This document shows positions 63,888 to 64,000 of a DNA stretch of 64,000 bases, in pieces. Every line of letters begins with the position of its first letter. The first letter of the stretch is position 1. The position numbers were made by a program, and so were the translations under genes. This DNA is from Nitrospirota bacterium (lineage in GTDB: Bacteria; Nitrospirota; JACRHJ01). The stretch lies in contig CAWJRJ010000014.1 of the NCBI GenBank assembly GCA_963845245.1, forward strand, positions 1-64,000. The letters are read 5' to 3'. Under the pieces are notes generated by a model, which was not told the DNA's origin, ran no database searches, and was given only the letters and a program-made list of their open reading frames with translations.

Positions 63888-64000
63888 ATCAGACCTCCTG
63901 TTAATTTCGATACAATTTACTAATATCCTGTCGTGTAATGTCAACTTGAATAATCAACTATAGTCTGCTTGATAATCATAGCTTTAATGCACGCGGGGGC

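Overview
Bacterial chromosomal window with no rRNA, tRNA, CRISPR array or transposase that I can recognise. The first ~3.7 kb looks like a chimeric, error-rich contig end made of unrelated fragments: a high-GC P-loop gene, a TPR gene and pcnB, then DUF2853 and AbrB-family pieces. From ~3.68 kb onward it reads as one genome, inferred to be Nitrospirota/Desulfobacterota-like from gene order. It carries a long minus-strand run (archease-rtcB-gpsA-larB-larC-DUF4412-TPR-nadE-rsmI-M16), then purH/purD, an AT-rich LuxR-PilZ-c-di-GMP riboswitch-secreted protein module, rubrerythrin/thioredoxin, slt-yibQ-tsaD-dusB and two tandem TMTC-like GT-C/TPR genes. These are followed by glgC, three histidine kinases without a response regulator, a TatD-radical SAM fusion, rlmN, xseB-ispA-dxs-tlyA, pilMNOPQ-aroCKB, a sigma54 amt-glnB-glnA operon, a third TMTC-like gene and a stand-alone Cys-rich two-CW protein. 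Many housekeeping genes left of ~40 kb have single-base frameshifts best explained as sequencing indels. Best leads: (1) the riboswitch/PilZ/LuxR module in front of an unrecognised Thr/Ser-rich secreted protein; (2) a dispersed intercistronic hairpin family with compensatory base changes, sitting just after stop codons; (3) a 7-Cys two-CW domain found both free and inserted inside a kinase PAS domain; (4) tandem TMTC-like genes with a gene-conversion pattern; (5) larB/larC co-oriented with nadE at the NaAD branch point. All family assignments are from motif recognition by eye; no searches were run.
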